Assembly (NCBI GenBank): GCA_003344405.1
Contig: NOWV01000163.1
Location: 1 to 64,000, forward strand
Origin: Trichoplax sp. H2
Taxonomy: Eukaryota
Direction: 5' to 3'
Length of the DNA stretch: 64,000 nucleotides
The notes beneath the pieces are model-generated. The model searched no databases. It had not been told where the DNA came from and saw nothing but the letters and a program-made list of their open reading frames with translations. This document shows positions 11,254 through 25,700 of the stretch, piece after piece (position 1 is the stretch's first letter; each line of letters begins with the position of its first letter). A program made the translations under genes and the position numbers.

Positions 11254-13439
11254 TTAAGTTTATCATAGCACTATACAGACATGATTACTTTGTAACAACA
11301 GCTTCGTCCCTTAATCAATTGAGCTGCCAGCAAGTCTAGTATCATAGTATTAAAATATAGTTTACAATATAGAGAGGAATTGCAAGGAAGTTGGCAGCTC
11401 AGTTCTTACTCTTTATGCGAGAAAGAATAAATCTGAGATAGCCCGGTACAATGGCAAATAGGAAAATCGTGTTTCATTAATTTCTAATACCAAAGTGACT
11501 TCAACTGTTAACTTTAGTAATAAAATACGTTATCTTTTTATAATAGTTAATCATAAAAAGAAGTATATTATTACGGGAAATTCATTTAACTATTAGGATT
11601 TGTTCAGCAACCAATGCAAGAAATGATAATTTTACTCAGATATATTGGCAAGATTATCTTTAGACTTTAATATCGATCCATCGCCTCTACTCTACCAACT
11701 TGGCTTTAAGATGCTAAATCATTGAAAAATTTTCTAAATCATCGTTTACAAATTTATTAACATCTTACTCCGGTATTAAATATGAATACCATTAGGTAGA
11801 AACCTAGGAAGCTTTTAGTTATTGCTCCATTTTGTCAATAATGCCGCAAACTAAATAGAATCCTAAATTTAAAGCCATTATTGCTATCTTGCAATTGGGT
11901 GATTCATATACCCCATTGCAAATGATTTTTTATAGTTAGAAGCCACAATTTTTGCATTGATAATAATATTGCTATACTCGTATAATACTTTCGTATACTT
12001 TCTTAGTAGCTTGACTTGCATTACATTCAATCTAGCTTACATAGTGTTGTAGTCAAGCCATAAATTGTTATTTCTGAGTGGTATCAGCTCAAAAGTAATT
12101 AAATTTGTCGATCCAATTTTGCGATTCTATGATGGCTTTGCTAGAATTTAGTTAATTAAATCAAGGAATTTTACGAGTTATACTATTGAAATGCTTGCAG
12201 AATAAAGTGGGTATACTATCATACATGTTTTAAGGAAGTAACAATACTAGTTTCATACTCATCTTTCGATTGCGTAGTTTAGTTGAGGAATCATTCGATC
12301 ATCTTTAATGTGTGCTTACTGTAGCAATCGCTAGCAAACAATTTGAAATAAGTCGATTCTCGAGCATCATTCAGGCAGCATCCGCAGACGCCATCTTAAC
12401 CAATTTTTGATAAGAATAAACAATTGTGTCAATTGTTTTGGCATGATTATCTTAGACTTTAATATCAAAATATTTATGATTTTCCCAATTTTAGAATTTA
12501 TAGGTTATTGGTTAGATTACCGCAGAGGGCTGTACTCTATGCTTGTATAGTAAAATCTTGCATTTAACGTCTATGATGATATCTTTGGATAATTATGTTT
12601 ACATTGGCCTAAACGAACAATGCTGTGTGATCCTTAGATTGATTTGCTGTTGGAATTAAGCCTAACCAATTATATACTATGCTGCAGTTATGACATAACA
12701 GACAACAAAAATACACTCACGTTACTACTAACGGAGCACGCTAACAGGTTTATTGTTCATTTCTTTCCAATACATTGTGTTAGACACAATTTAAATATAA
12801 TATGGAAAACCGAATCAATTCCAAATAGAATCGCACAATTAATTCTTTTGAATTTAAATGAAAATTACAGCCAGAACGATATTTAACTAAAAATAATTAT
12901 TAGGAATATGAAATGTTATTAGTATTTAATTACAATTATATGAGTAAAGGTTCATAGAGTCATGCAGCTTACCGGTCAATCACACAAAATGATGAAAAGA
13001 TTACTACATTGACAAACATCTATTGATTCTAATATAAGCCGTTTGTAAGAATAACGTCGCCTAAAACGACATTTTGTACTCTAATGCCATATTTCGAATC
13101 AAAGATATCTGTATTCATTAAGGAATTATTATGAGAAAACAGATAGGCATAGAATTTATAGAGCAACCATAGCGATTCATTCTAGTCTGTCTATTTATCA
13201 TTCAATTTTAAGTTAAGACAACGCTATTGCGAAAGCATCACTAATACGCTCTTAGCGCTAGTTTTAGCTTGCATTATCTTCAGAAAATTGTTATATTAAA
13301 TTATCACAAGAAAGCAGCTATTTCTCTTCAGTTGTACATTATTCACTATATCTTTGTCTAAAAGTGCTGTAGCACTAAGGTAAATTAAAATTGTATCATA
13401 AATCTTTTTTAATTCTTACTTTTAATATTATTACATATT

Positions 13440-16400
13440 TTAATGAAACTGGATGGCTCCTGGATCTTGGTCAGTTGATGCAGCAATATGCCTTAAAATA
13501 TCCTTCTTAGTAATAAGACCCATTACACGCCTAAGGCAATAAGATGATATAGATCGTAATAGGTACATAGCTCAAAATAATACATTCAATCTAATACACC
13601 TACCCCTTGTGAATAACTAGAACTTTGCGTGTACCCAACATACGAAATATATCCAACACAGTATCAAAAGATGTCTCCAGGGTAACCTGTAGCGGAGTCT
13701 TCAATAAAGTTATTGGGACAATTAAAAGTCTCAATAATTTCGAAATTGCTTAATCTTCTAATTAAAGAACGGTATACTTTATCCGATAACATACCAGATC
13801 AACAATTTCTTTAAGCAGTAGTGGAGATGGATCATGTTGCGCAGGTATTTTATCGGAAAAGTACACTTTAGATTCTACGGTTATATTACTATTCGTTTCT
13901 AAGGCAAAATCTGTATTTGAAGTTAAGCATGGACAACCATCAGTAAAATTTCATCATTAATTGTAACAACGTACATATAGCATTACCGAGACGATGTTTC
14001 AAATCTTTCCTAGTAATAAAACCGATCAATTGTTGTGATTCGCTTGAATAAACAAGTGGATATCCTTGATAGGGGCATTCCTGCATTAATTCAACTGCAG
14101 ACAATATCCCGTATACAGATAAAGGTTAGTTTGTATTTCTTTCGGTTTTGAAATTGATAATTCAACTCAATTACTAACGCAATGATCCAACAGTGTTTCC
14201 ATTGTAATTGATAGTCACAAGTATAGTGGGTTTACTGCGAAAATAAGATATTAAAGGGTTTAGTTCTCTGCTTTTTACAAAATCGAAGTGATAAAGAATC
14301 TTGCCAAAGTAATGTACCGTGGCTGCATAATCTCCGAAGCATTGGCAGTGAATTTAACTTCTTCTTTGCTATCTAAGAACGGATATCCATTCAATCGAAT
14401 GTGGCCGTCGTAGCTGTATAGAAGTTAAAGTTTCTTGTTTGTGTTGAATATGTAAGCTTTAAATAAACACACTAAAACTATGCAAATGCTATTGATAGGA
14501 TACATTCCTCCCTCGACGAAAGCATCGCCAACCCATTTACTAGTCATTACAGCAAACATAATCGGAACAATATACTGCAAGCCGCCGGTCAATTCAAACA
14601 TTATGACCACCAATGATACTAGTTTGCAATATCAATAGAATCATCTTCAATGTTTTGAAACTGTTCAAAAATTATCCTACTCAACCTACAGTATATTCTA
14701 CTCCATACTCATAGAACAAAAAAAGTTTAAGGTTATACCTGTCATCTTAGTAACGCCACCTAGAGTTGCTGCAGCTCCAACCATTGAATAAAGGCCAGGT
14801 TGAACGCAAACACGGCCAGGATGACACGCCAATTTGAAAAAGAAAGTATCAGGATTGTAGCTATTGAGAAATATTAAATCAACTTTAAGAATATCTCAAT
14901 CATTGTAAGGTGCTTAGAAACATTCAATACAGTTCTGTTAAGGTCATCTGCTTTAAGAAATTGACACTTACTAGTACCATTGTTCCATTGCCACTCCCAA
15001 TATGCGACCAAAGCAAGCACCAACAGCCATGCTGGGAATAAATAATCCAGCAGGTATCTACAGTACGTTAACAATATTATATCATTTTATTACAATCAGG
15101 CTTCGCCAAAAGATGATTGCTATTGGTTGTACCTTAATACCAAAGGTAAAAATAGTGACGAAAGCTTTTAATAGCATGGCAAGAGCCAGTAACCATAATG
15201 ATCGTAAGACTTGCGGTCCAGCAGGAAGAGTAGGAAAGTTTGCTCTATCATTTGTGTTAATGACATAGGTCCCATTATTGATGTAATTGCTGTCGATTAA
15301 TAGGTGTAGGTACATAAGAATTGCTCAGTAATCTGGCATAGCTAATCTTGTGAAGATAGTACAGTATAATGAATGCAGCATTTGTAAACTAACCATAAAG
15401 GAGTCGAATCCGATTGATCGCACTGCTGAAATAGGTGACGTATCAAGCTGCTGGTATTTTCTCTAATTTATTCCAAAGTATGGTGGTCAAATAAGCGATT
15501 ATTACATTTTAAAATATGATTCAGTAAATTATCTTTAGCAATCGCTACTTACTTTGTATAAGGATTTAAATAGCTTAAAAGCGCAGTAACAACCGTGACA
15601 ACCACAACCTTGATGACAGGATAAGGCCATTAGCAAAGTTGTATGATAAACTGAAGGTAAAGAGTTATTGTAAATTCACAGAAATCGTATGTAGTATAAA
15701 CCTCTGCAACTGGAAAGCGTTTCAGTGCACTATTTTTGCGAAAGTTAGACCACATAATATTAAATTTAATAAAAAATGCGCCATATAAGCCCTAGGCCAT
15801 TAAATCAATTGGGGTTGTAATTAAATAGGTTAGTTTATAGAAATAGCGGCACGAAATTGACGAAACAAAATAAGCACATATACCCCAAATATTCCCAAAA
15901 CGATGAAAGGAATTAGTTCAAATAAATGCCACACCATATCGTAGCTGACTTCAAACCTAACAAGGTGGCCATTACCGTAAGGATTTATATAACTTAGAAC
16001 TATAGCTGCCATTAATGCAGAAAAGAATGAACGCCACATTGTTTTCAGGGGGAAGTAGTAGCTAACCTATGGTACATAGCAAATAAATTGCAGATAAGAC
16101 TAGAATAGCCAATTTAAATAGAGCGTCCCTATAAGAAGATATAATTTTTCACGAGTACTTTTCACAGTACTTCTATAACGTGATTATTTATGTAACAAGG
16201 CTTACAGGTTATGAATAGTTTAAGGAATAAAATTTATGTACTACCTCTTCAAGACTAAAAAGTATCCCCCCAATTGGGGCTCCAAAAGCAACAGAAACTC
16301 CAGCAGCAGCAGCAGCAGATAATATCTAGGTTGAAAGTTTAGTTTCAATACAGAAGTGCGTTGTATATTGCCAATTAACATTATAAGATACAAATGGGCC

Positions 16401-18804
16401 CGAGTAGAACACTGTTAACATAACATCTCTATTTATCGCTTAGGCATTACTATAGCTGTCAAGTTCGAAAGATATAGCTGCTAATGTACATGTAATGCTT
16501 TACCTCTCGCTTTTTTACTTCATTTTGACGGTATTTTGGAAATAGACGACAAAGCATGTTGCCGCAGCAGCTTGCAACATGTACCAGTGGACCTTCTTTA
16601 CCAAGGCTTAGTCCTGCGGACACAACCATCATCATAGTTAACGATTTGATCAACAGTACCCATTTACCGAGGTAACTCCTAATGACAAAACCACTAAGTA
16701 TGGTTTTTATCTGCAAAATGGATTAATTAAAGAAACGAATGCATAAGAATAAATGATTTCCAACTTACAGGCTATTATTTTACTGTCACAACTATATTGA
16801 CACAAAACAGTGCTAAGCAGGACTAATATGTAGCAGCAATATAGTCAATAAAGAAATAACTTTATAGTATATGAAAAAAGTCAAAAAGTAAATCTTCCGT
16901 TAACCTCGGGTATTCCACTACCACATGCGTATGGAGCTAAATCGCGAACAAGTACAGCAGCAAGAAAGCCAAGCAAGAATGAAACCAATACATAGACAAA
17001 ATATTCAAATGCAAATATGGAAGCCGAAGAGGACATGATGCCAAATATTTGAGACCAACTCAACCATTCTGGACAGTCATTATCTGCAGTAGTGAGATTA
17101 GACGACCAACAACATGCTTTCTTATTTAACCAAAACCGTTGCGGACAAACGCCTGTATTAATAATCAATGATAATATTCGCTCAATTTAATCAAAGCGTA
17201 ACATGGATTGAGTGTTACTTCCTTCCTTATTGCTTGGCAGTTAAATAAGTGCAATATCAACAGCAACACCCTTAAATACCAGGGTATTTACTTGTTCTCA
17301 TCAGCATACTCACCTAATCGCAAATCTGTCATCCATTCGGTTCCAATATCGATTAATCCTGCACATAAGCCAGATAATATACCAACACCACTAACAATTA
17401 GCCAGCCTAGTGATTATGTATGAACCATGTCAACATTTCAGTTAAACAGATTAGATAAGCTGTAATACTTTTTTTACAGCGAAAACCTGTCAATATCTAA
17501 TTATACTACTCATAGCCCCTCTGCCCATATTCAAATTTTGTTCATTCTATATAAACTGGTTGTTGCTATGAATATGAATCCATTTATCTTTGAATTTGAA
17601 TTGCTATGACAAAGTAAAGCAATTGTTTCCATCAAATCAGCATTCATATTATGATCAATGATGCAGAAACTTTCTATTGCCTTTTAACATCTACTAAAGC
17701 CTATTGGTTAGCTTTGTTGGTACTGCGATGTATCGAAAGTTACAGAATTACTTTTTATCTAGTACGAATGATGGTTATTGTAAGATAAGAGTAGTAAAGT
17801 ACTGTGTTGTATCAGGTTGTATCGCAATATCATCACCATTGGTCATGCAAGAGTCTATTTTGCTACGAACGTATTCCAGGTTATTTCATAGTTTTACGTC
17901 AAACCTCGTATATCAATAGGCAAAAACAGTCTATCTATTCGCAGTAATAGATGAACATGTTGGCAATGGCAAGAGATAACATAGTAATAGGAGTTTTACT
18001 GCGATGCATTTCAGTGTCCTCGATACCATAAGTTGTCAGGGGCCAATATTGCCAATGATTTATTTCGAAGTTCATATGACTAGCTAGCTTTATTTGTAAG
18101 ATTACGTTTACGACTATTTATCGGCTTTATTAGTCAAGTTACGATGAATAGAACAGCTTATTGCTACTCAGTACGATCGTTGTCGTAGGATAAGAGTGAA
18201 GATCAAGTTGTATCTCAGCATAATCTCTACAGTTTGACGTACTGATATCGGCTGAATTGCACTTAAACATATGATGATAAATTGCACAGACAATTAGAAT
18301 TTACTGAGATAACTTAGCGGATCGATCAATCAATGATGAATGAGAGACGTTATTTTATCCGTAGTGCAATCAAGAAGAACCCGTACTCGTACAACAGCAA
18401 CATCACCCAATAAGTTATTGTAACCTACCAGACCAGGCATCATGACTGGAAACAATCCAGTTCCACCATCCTTTCTTTTCATCGAATTTGAGAGATCGAT
18501 GGCGCTTAAGATACCTCGTCCTATCACGAACCCAATCAATGGTCGTAAAATCGTCGTATTCCTTTCGATTAAAACGATGATAATGTTCATAGGGATCAAT
18601 ATGAGCGCCACTATGACGATTGATAGCCCGATTGGTGTCTAGTATTTCTTCATCGTCTTGCATCATCTGACCAGTTTGGTTACCACTCCCATTGTGTTGT
18701 CTTGAATCCTCTTGATCGGATTGACGGCTTAATATTAAATCATCGTCATCTTGCAGGCGGTTATCGCTGTCATCGATAATCAATAACTGAGTATCATTCT
18801 CCAT
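13440..18804 (-). CDS. CLCN3: CLC-family Cl-/H+ exchanger, ClC-3/4/5 subfamily, multi-exon, with C-terminal CBS domains
   Basis: Exons contain [46 protein letters not shown] (gating Glu), LFSLEE, GLFIP, MFELTGG, GYPFLD and [14 protein letters not shown] at 18804; exon 1 ends at 18429; last exon ends …PGAIQFH* (TAA 13440-13442). Sequence alone cannot separate ClC-3, -4 and -5; this is likely a co-ortholog. Confidence 0.95.
14414..14503 (-). other. Probable U12-type (minor spliceosome) GT-AG intron in the CLC gene
   Basis: The 5' splice site is GTATCCTA, and a branch-like CTTTAAC (14430-14424) ends about 10 nt before the AG. Removing the intron restores [15 protein letters not shown]. Confidence 0.75.
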
Positions 18805-19179
18805 GATGAATACGTTGACTCGGAGTTAATTTCTGATATTGATCAATCAGTTATTTTACCAATGCTGTCGACTGGATGATGTACTCGTATTCTCGATCAA
18901 TGTATCCTGAATGAATTAAGTGGGACCAATCGCCGCTAAGCCTAGACTCACTTTCTTTCGACCTTGGCTACTTGCACCTTTGCCAATCTATCTTGGCTAT
19001 TTCCCGCCTAGCCTGTATTCAATACTAATGGATGAAATGGCGTACTAAGTAGATTGGATTTAATCACTTACTGGATATCAACCACTGCGACCTGATTTGT
19101 TGAAGGCAATGTCGAGCCATTACTTACACCAGGATTTAGGTCAAGCTTTTCCACTTTCTGACTGCTGCCTCCTGTCATT

Positions 19180-19940
19180 GGTCGTACAATGTACAGTGTA
19201 CAGTACTGGGAACTACAGTACTAGAAAAGAAGAGAAGGACTCAACACCGGCATAAATTGGGCAGGCCGACTTTTTTGGCAGTTATTTCCCTGTACGCTAC
19301 GACTGTAATCGTACACGGCAGTGTGCAAAACTCACCTGGCAGCTATTTTGGAGCGGCTACACAACAATTGTACTGTAGACTGTCAGGTCTCGTACGGTGA
19401 CTCGTCTTTGGAGTAGTCTCTGACCCTGACAGTACGATGTACTGTACAATTGTACTGTACATTGTACAGAACCGTACTGTACTTTACTGCAGTACATGTA
19501 GGTACGTCTGTCTGTCTGGTATTAGTATGAGCTTGGGTGGCTGTGCGTACTGAAAGCACGGCCAGCAACGGTACTGTACTGTACTGCTAGCATGTCGTGC
19601 TTCGGATTCCACTTGCGCTCATCATGAAAGTGACGTCACCTTGGTTGATAAAGTACTGCAGTCCGTACGGTGGAAAAGAGGCACGAACTACAATGTACAG
19701 TAGTCAAATCAACGTACTGTACACTGTAATGTATCAGTGTACACTGTAATACTACAGTATACAGTACTGTACACTATCCTTTAAACTACTGTACCGTACT
19801 GTACCATGCACTGTACAGTACGGTACCAACGACCCTGCTGGCATGACGTGCTTCAGATTCCAATAGCACTCGTACTGTACTGATAGTGACCTTCGTTTGA
19901 TTGAGGCGTAACTGTCAATTAGAGTACTGTACTGTATCCT
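19180..19940. promoter_or_regulatory. GTAC/ACTGTA-rich low-complexity tract upstream of the CLC gene, with a CRE palindrome GTGACGTCAC at 19630-19639
   Basis: Dense TACAGT/ACTGTA/GTAC words in both orientations, 400-1100 bp 5' of the CLC ATG. Confidence 0.5.
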
Positions 19941-21260
19941 ATCCTCAAAGCCTGACATGACCACATGACCAGTTCATTATGCATCATTGAAATGACCATG
20001 CGTAGTGACTGTCCTCCTGTATGACACCGGTTAACGTCGACAATATTATTATGATTTCCAGATAGAGATTTCTCTGCTCGGCCATGGACTGCTGGATGCT
20101 AATCCATATACTGCAACAGGGATGATCGTGATTGAACTTCTATTTCACCTTTTTGTTGATCAATACTTAAGTTAGTATATCCCTAACTGGAGAGAAAGCA
20201 TGGGCCGCTTTTTCCATGATACACAGTGAGTATTGAATGTGAAAACGATGAAAAATGACGTTGAATAGTGGCTGCCATGATCGCGTCTATTTCCAGCACT
20301 ATTCGACAATACCATGACAACACAAACAATATTTGATTGGCGCTTCTACTAGTGGCACCTTAAGTGTCAATAAACTTGACTAGGCCGACGGAATGGAGCA
20401 CCGATGCATCATAATTACTCAGCATTAGTCTGCAGTATTCTGCATGGAAAGTGTTCTCGGTGTTAGAGGGGGAAAAAAAAGAAATTGGAAGTTTAATTAC
20501 TAGTATTCTTGATAGGATGTTGCCATCCATTTAGTCGATCATAGCTAGAATAAAATGTCCTGCGAGAATGCACTTGCTACCAAGAACGAAGACGATCGTT
20601 GGCTAACGATCAAATGGAGTGGATAAAATAGGAGACTAACTATTGCAAAGACTTAAAAGATACGGTCTATATTCATTGATGCCAAGTCATGCAGTCAAGA
20701 GGAAGAATTGTTCCATTCTCAATTGACATCACCATATATAGTAGTAATATCGATTCGATGGACACCAACAACATCCAATGAATACGGATGATTTCAATCT
20801 CAGAGATTTGTTATCATGCTGAGTAGATCGAGATAGAGTATTACTTTATTGATTCGATAAACGAAGCACGAATAACAATCTTGAATAAGCAGAACGATTA
20901 CAAGGAGAATAGAAATCACTTTGTACTATCCGACAATACAGGAACAACCTGTTTGCAAGATAGGGAAGATTGATTAATGGATTGATTTCAAGTTAATGAA
21001 TACACTATTACTGCCACGGGCTAGTAACAAAATAGTGTTGCAATCTCATCAAAAAGTTTCTTCTTGACTTGGTAAAATTCAATTCAACCTTAGCTGGCCT
21101 AATACCATTAGCATACACAAAAATCTGTTTCAACAATAAGATGGAATACAACTTCAGATAAATGCACTTCTTACATGGGTTATATTATGGAATACTTAAG
21201 GGGATCTCTACTTTCTCTATTCACTAGTAAACCTTTTACGTTATTACCTAGGCAAATGAA

Positions 21261-21458
21261 TCAGTGAAAGATTTCTCTAATAGTCAATACTTAAAATTAC
21301 ATCAGCTACATTTAAAATTTGTATTGTCAACAGTAAAAGGTAGTAGTTGAGCGATTGACTCAGTGAAAGATTCCTCTAATAGTCAATACTTAAAATACAT
21401 CAGCTACATTTAAAATTTGTATTGTCAACAGTAAAAGGTAGTAGTTGAGCGATTGACT
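21261..21458. repeat. Near-perfect ~99-bp tandem duplication downstream of thioredoxin 1
   Basis: tcagtgaaagatt(t/c)ctctaatagtcaatac…gagcgattgact occurs at 21261 and 21360. Confidence 0.95.
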
Positions 21459-21531
21459 GCCATGCTACGACAATATCAATGAATACTTTTCTAAGCCTAC
21501 TCATATTTTAGACTTACCTTAAATGGGTCAA

Positions 21532-22720
21532 TTAATCTTGCCCAGCTATTTTCATGTATTCCTTAAAGTTTCCAATAAGTTTGCTTTCATCAGCCCCAAT
21601 AACTGTTGCTTTCTGTCAGGGTAAAAGTTGTAGACAGTTACAGCAAGTAGGAGCACGGTTAATACGTTATCATAACGTAAAATCTCATACATTAAATTAA
21701 ACTAAGGTTAATCTTTCCGCGTGAAAAGTTATTGCTATAAGTGATCAACAGCGGAATACCTTTTCCCCTTTAATATAAAACAGGAATGTCGGCATGCTCC
21801 TGATACCACAGGTTTCGGTAGTCTCCTATTTTAGGGGGAAAATGGATCAATTTTAGCGATTAAAGCCCAATAGTGACTGGACGGAATAGCCTAAACCAAC
21901 ACTGTCGATTAAAAGCTATAATTTTGCCATGAAGTAGAGAAATTAGACTGCTACAATCATATTATAGATTCCTGGCAAAAACTGACCACTGCAATAAGTG
22001 TCACCTAACGATACATCTAGATTGTAGATGATCCTGTTTTTTCGCTATAACTAAAAGCTGTTTACCGTGTAGAAGCTCTATCGCTATGTTGCAATAACCG
22101 TTGACATAGTTAGCAACAACGTATAACAGTAACTACCAATACTTACACTATTTTCATCAACATCGACCTTCAGAAAGACAACATTGCTATATTCTGGGTC
22201 ATCACTCATTTCCTAGAAATGAACAAAGTGGGAGGGCAAAAATAAGACGAAGAAACTATTACGACTTCATGACCTACGGTACTACAACTGAAGCAGTCAT
22301 TGTAATTGAAGTAAAATTGATCTCAAAGTAAAACCTCAAACTTTGGGCTTATCTTGCGACATGGTCCACACCAGTCGGCATAAAAATCGATAACAACCAA
22401 TTTGCCACCAGCGGCTGCAAGGGCGCTATCAAAATCCTCCTAGTTAAACGTTACAACAACATGGTTACGAACCATAATTCCAATATGACAAGGCCTAGCA
22501 TAATGGCATATCCCACAATTTTTTCCATTACAAAAAATATCAATCCTTCCTCTTGGATATGGACAAAATTCGATGATCATTGTAGGCTACACACTTTCAG
22601 TAAAATTAGATAATGCTACTGACAGGCTTTCATAAATTATAAAGGTCAATTCCAAAGGTTTAATAGCGAGAAATGCGAAGATTGATATCTTACCTTGGTT
22701 TTTAAAGGCTTAACCACCAT
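21532..22720 (-). CDS. TXN: Thioredoxin, copy 1 (5 coding exons)
   Basis: [114 protein letters not shown]; all introns are phase-0 GT-AG. Confidence 0.95.
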
Positions 22721-25700
22721 CTTGTCGATCGTTGACCTAACAAATAATGCTACGAAAGATAGGCTATCGTTACCTATATCACAGCTTCTCAACGCCCAAC
22801 AATAGACTGATTAGCTGTAAATCATACATTAAAAATGCGCATTAAATCAAAACTTATTTCTCCTCTATGCCAATAAGTCTATTCTTTTACTGACTTTATC
22901 ATTTTTATTTAAATTACTTCTTCTCTTTGAAAGAGAGTCTGAAAAGTTTTCTCCACGCCCCTTCTCCAATGTTGCCTCAAGGTACTTCATGTTTTCTCCC
23001 CTCCATCAATTAAAAAGCATAATATGATATGGTAGCATTGATTGCTGTCTAATGCACAATTTATTATCCAATATTTAGTATTTAAATGTTGCTAATCTAT
23101 CTAGTACAACATTTTGGTAGAATATTTTCTCGTAAACGATAATGTGCAACATTATACTCTCTTTAAAACATGATTTGATATAATTAAATGCATATTTTAG
23201 ATATACATAAACCGCACTTAAATGCAGCACTGGTGTAGATCGTTATATCTCCCATTGGCTTATCACCGACCTATACTTCAGGATACTTAGCTGCTGAATA
23301 AGTATTTTCCGTATAGTTTTACCGCAATACTTATGCTATGAAATCATACTAGCTACAATCAACATTTGCCTTATTAAGATATACATTTCTACACAACATA
23401 CTATCACTGTATTCTCGTACACATAACTGCCGTAATTCACTGAATTTTATTACAATTCATGACCGTTTTCGTGGATAATGGGAACAGTATTCGATCAAGA
23501 AGGAATCAATCCAATGCATAATTATAATTATGACGCACTTCAATCTCAAAATACTTTAGCATGCTGTACCTCGAACACAGTTTCGCATTTTTGAGATTAA
23601 GCTGTGTAAAAGCAATTATTGACATGTCCAGCATTATAGCTAGATCAAAATGAGTGAGTATCATTGGTGGCTTTGCAAATAACTCAATTTTCTGAAACTC
23701 ATATTCCTTGTCTTTAATGTAGTCATCAGAAGATTTCTATTGATAAATTTCTGCAATGAGAGTTGATGCAATAAAAATAGAATGCAAGCTAAACCGACTA
23801 GAAATGTAGTATACGGTATACGAATATTTTTCTTGAAGTGTGTTAGCAAATCTTCTCTTTGCATACGTAAGCTAATGTTATGAATTACATATTTGCTATA
23901 AAAATAATTAAAACGATGTTGATAGGGTTAAGCCTTTTTACAATTTTGTAATATTTGTTATATATTGAAGCTGATAAATTGCTATATCACCCAGATATCA
24001 GCTATCACTGTCACTGTTTATTGTAGTATGAAGTTAATTAATCACCAGGGACTTCTCGAAATTTCAGGGAAAATAAATGAGAAATTCCTATAATTACTAA
24101 ATTTGATATAACTGTATGAGTTATATCAGGATTTGTTAGACTACTGAAGCCGTACTTGATCTATGGATATGGAGAGAGATCTGTATGTTAGTAAATCAAT
24201 GATGACAAGAATCAGGAATTAAATAGAATTAGAGTTCGTCATTTTCGATTCGATGTTACGATCAAATGATACAGGATATATCCCGCTGGAATTGGTTATG
24301 AGAAAAGAAATCAGTAAAGGAGCTAAATCATACAGCATACTGTATAATTGGGCCTTCAGTCAGAGTAGCTCCTGCTATTAGCCAATACAATAACACCACT
24401 CCATCTAGGTATTTACTGAACTGTGTTTACATTTACAAAAACCCTATATTAAATTTGCAACAAAGACATTGCTAAATTCCCTGACAGCAAGTAGAAAGAT
24501 ACTAATCATAATCGCGAGATCTGTATATGCACGTAATTATACAATAAGGGAAATGTGACAGAAAGAGCAATCAATATGATACCACTGTTAAATAGCTAAA
24601 TTTCGATATCTGTGATCAGAAGAGGAAAAGTGGTAACATTAGACAGTTTTGGACCAGTATAAACAAACGTAGCCGTAATGATGCAAATAGCAATAGTTGA
24701 TATCGAGGTTAATTTAGGTAAGATTAAAATGCGACTGTATATATACTCACACAGTTTTGATCGACATATGTGCACGTCTTAAAATCTTAAAACTATATAA
24801 AGGGCTAGATATCTTACTTATAAAAAAGTCTCCGTTATGTTCGTGTAAAGAACACTATGCAACTCCACTATCTGGTTCAATAAAAGCCTAGACCTTAAAC
24901 GCTCTTATTTATCTGTTACTGGCAGTGGATATTAGAATAAGTTAATTTCCCCCACTGTAGGCCAGTGAGAGTGAAACTAAGATCAACTAGGAGTAGAGAG
25001 TACAATTTTGGTCTACTCACAAAGGCTGACTAGTGACAAAACATATACGTATATATATATAATATCACATTGAATGAAAGCAGTTTAGATTTTAAAATCT
25101 TTAGTATGAAAGATGATTGATGTGGACAACATGACCGCGTCCAGGCAAATTCAACGTGCTGGTTTCTGAAGATTAGTGATTACTTTGAATCATCAGGTAA
25201 TACTAATTCATCTATCTACCTATTTGCTATTTTACTGCTTAAATTACCTCCTACGATGATTTTAAAGAAAAAGAGGAATTGGCTATCCACTGATGTAAAT
25301 TTTTTCGCATAAATTAAGCGATCTGCTTAATTTAAACTATGAAATTATCTTCTTCCCTAGCGGGGTTAATGACAATCTGCCTCAAAATTATATACTATTA
25401 TCTTCTTTTCGTTATAAGTAGGATGAAATTCATATCTAAATTACGTTCGTCCTACTGTCTTTCTTCTCATGCTAAATGTTAGAGTTAGATTAAATATCTA
25501 CATTCGTACTAGATCTGTTCCCCTCCTCCTTATATACAATGCATGTTTCAGCTATTCCTAAGTGATAGTATAATGTACTCATCGGGTTTTAAAGGAAATA
25601 TTGCATATCAAATTTAGCAAGCGAAAACGAGCTTTAAAGTAATTTTTATGCATCGATATGATATTCACAAGACCATCATGAAGCACTGTACTAGGTATTG

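Noticed and set aside
18272-18307. C/D-box-like ATGATGA…CTGA in CLC intron 1
   Set aside because: Too short for a snoRNA and antisense to the host gene.
21261-21458. CRISPR-like or functional arrays in the 99-bp and 72-bp (30898-31040) repeats
   Set aside because: Two adjacent copies without spacers; simple tandem duplications in a eukaryote.
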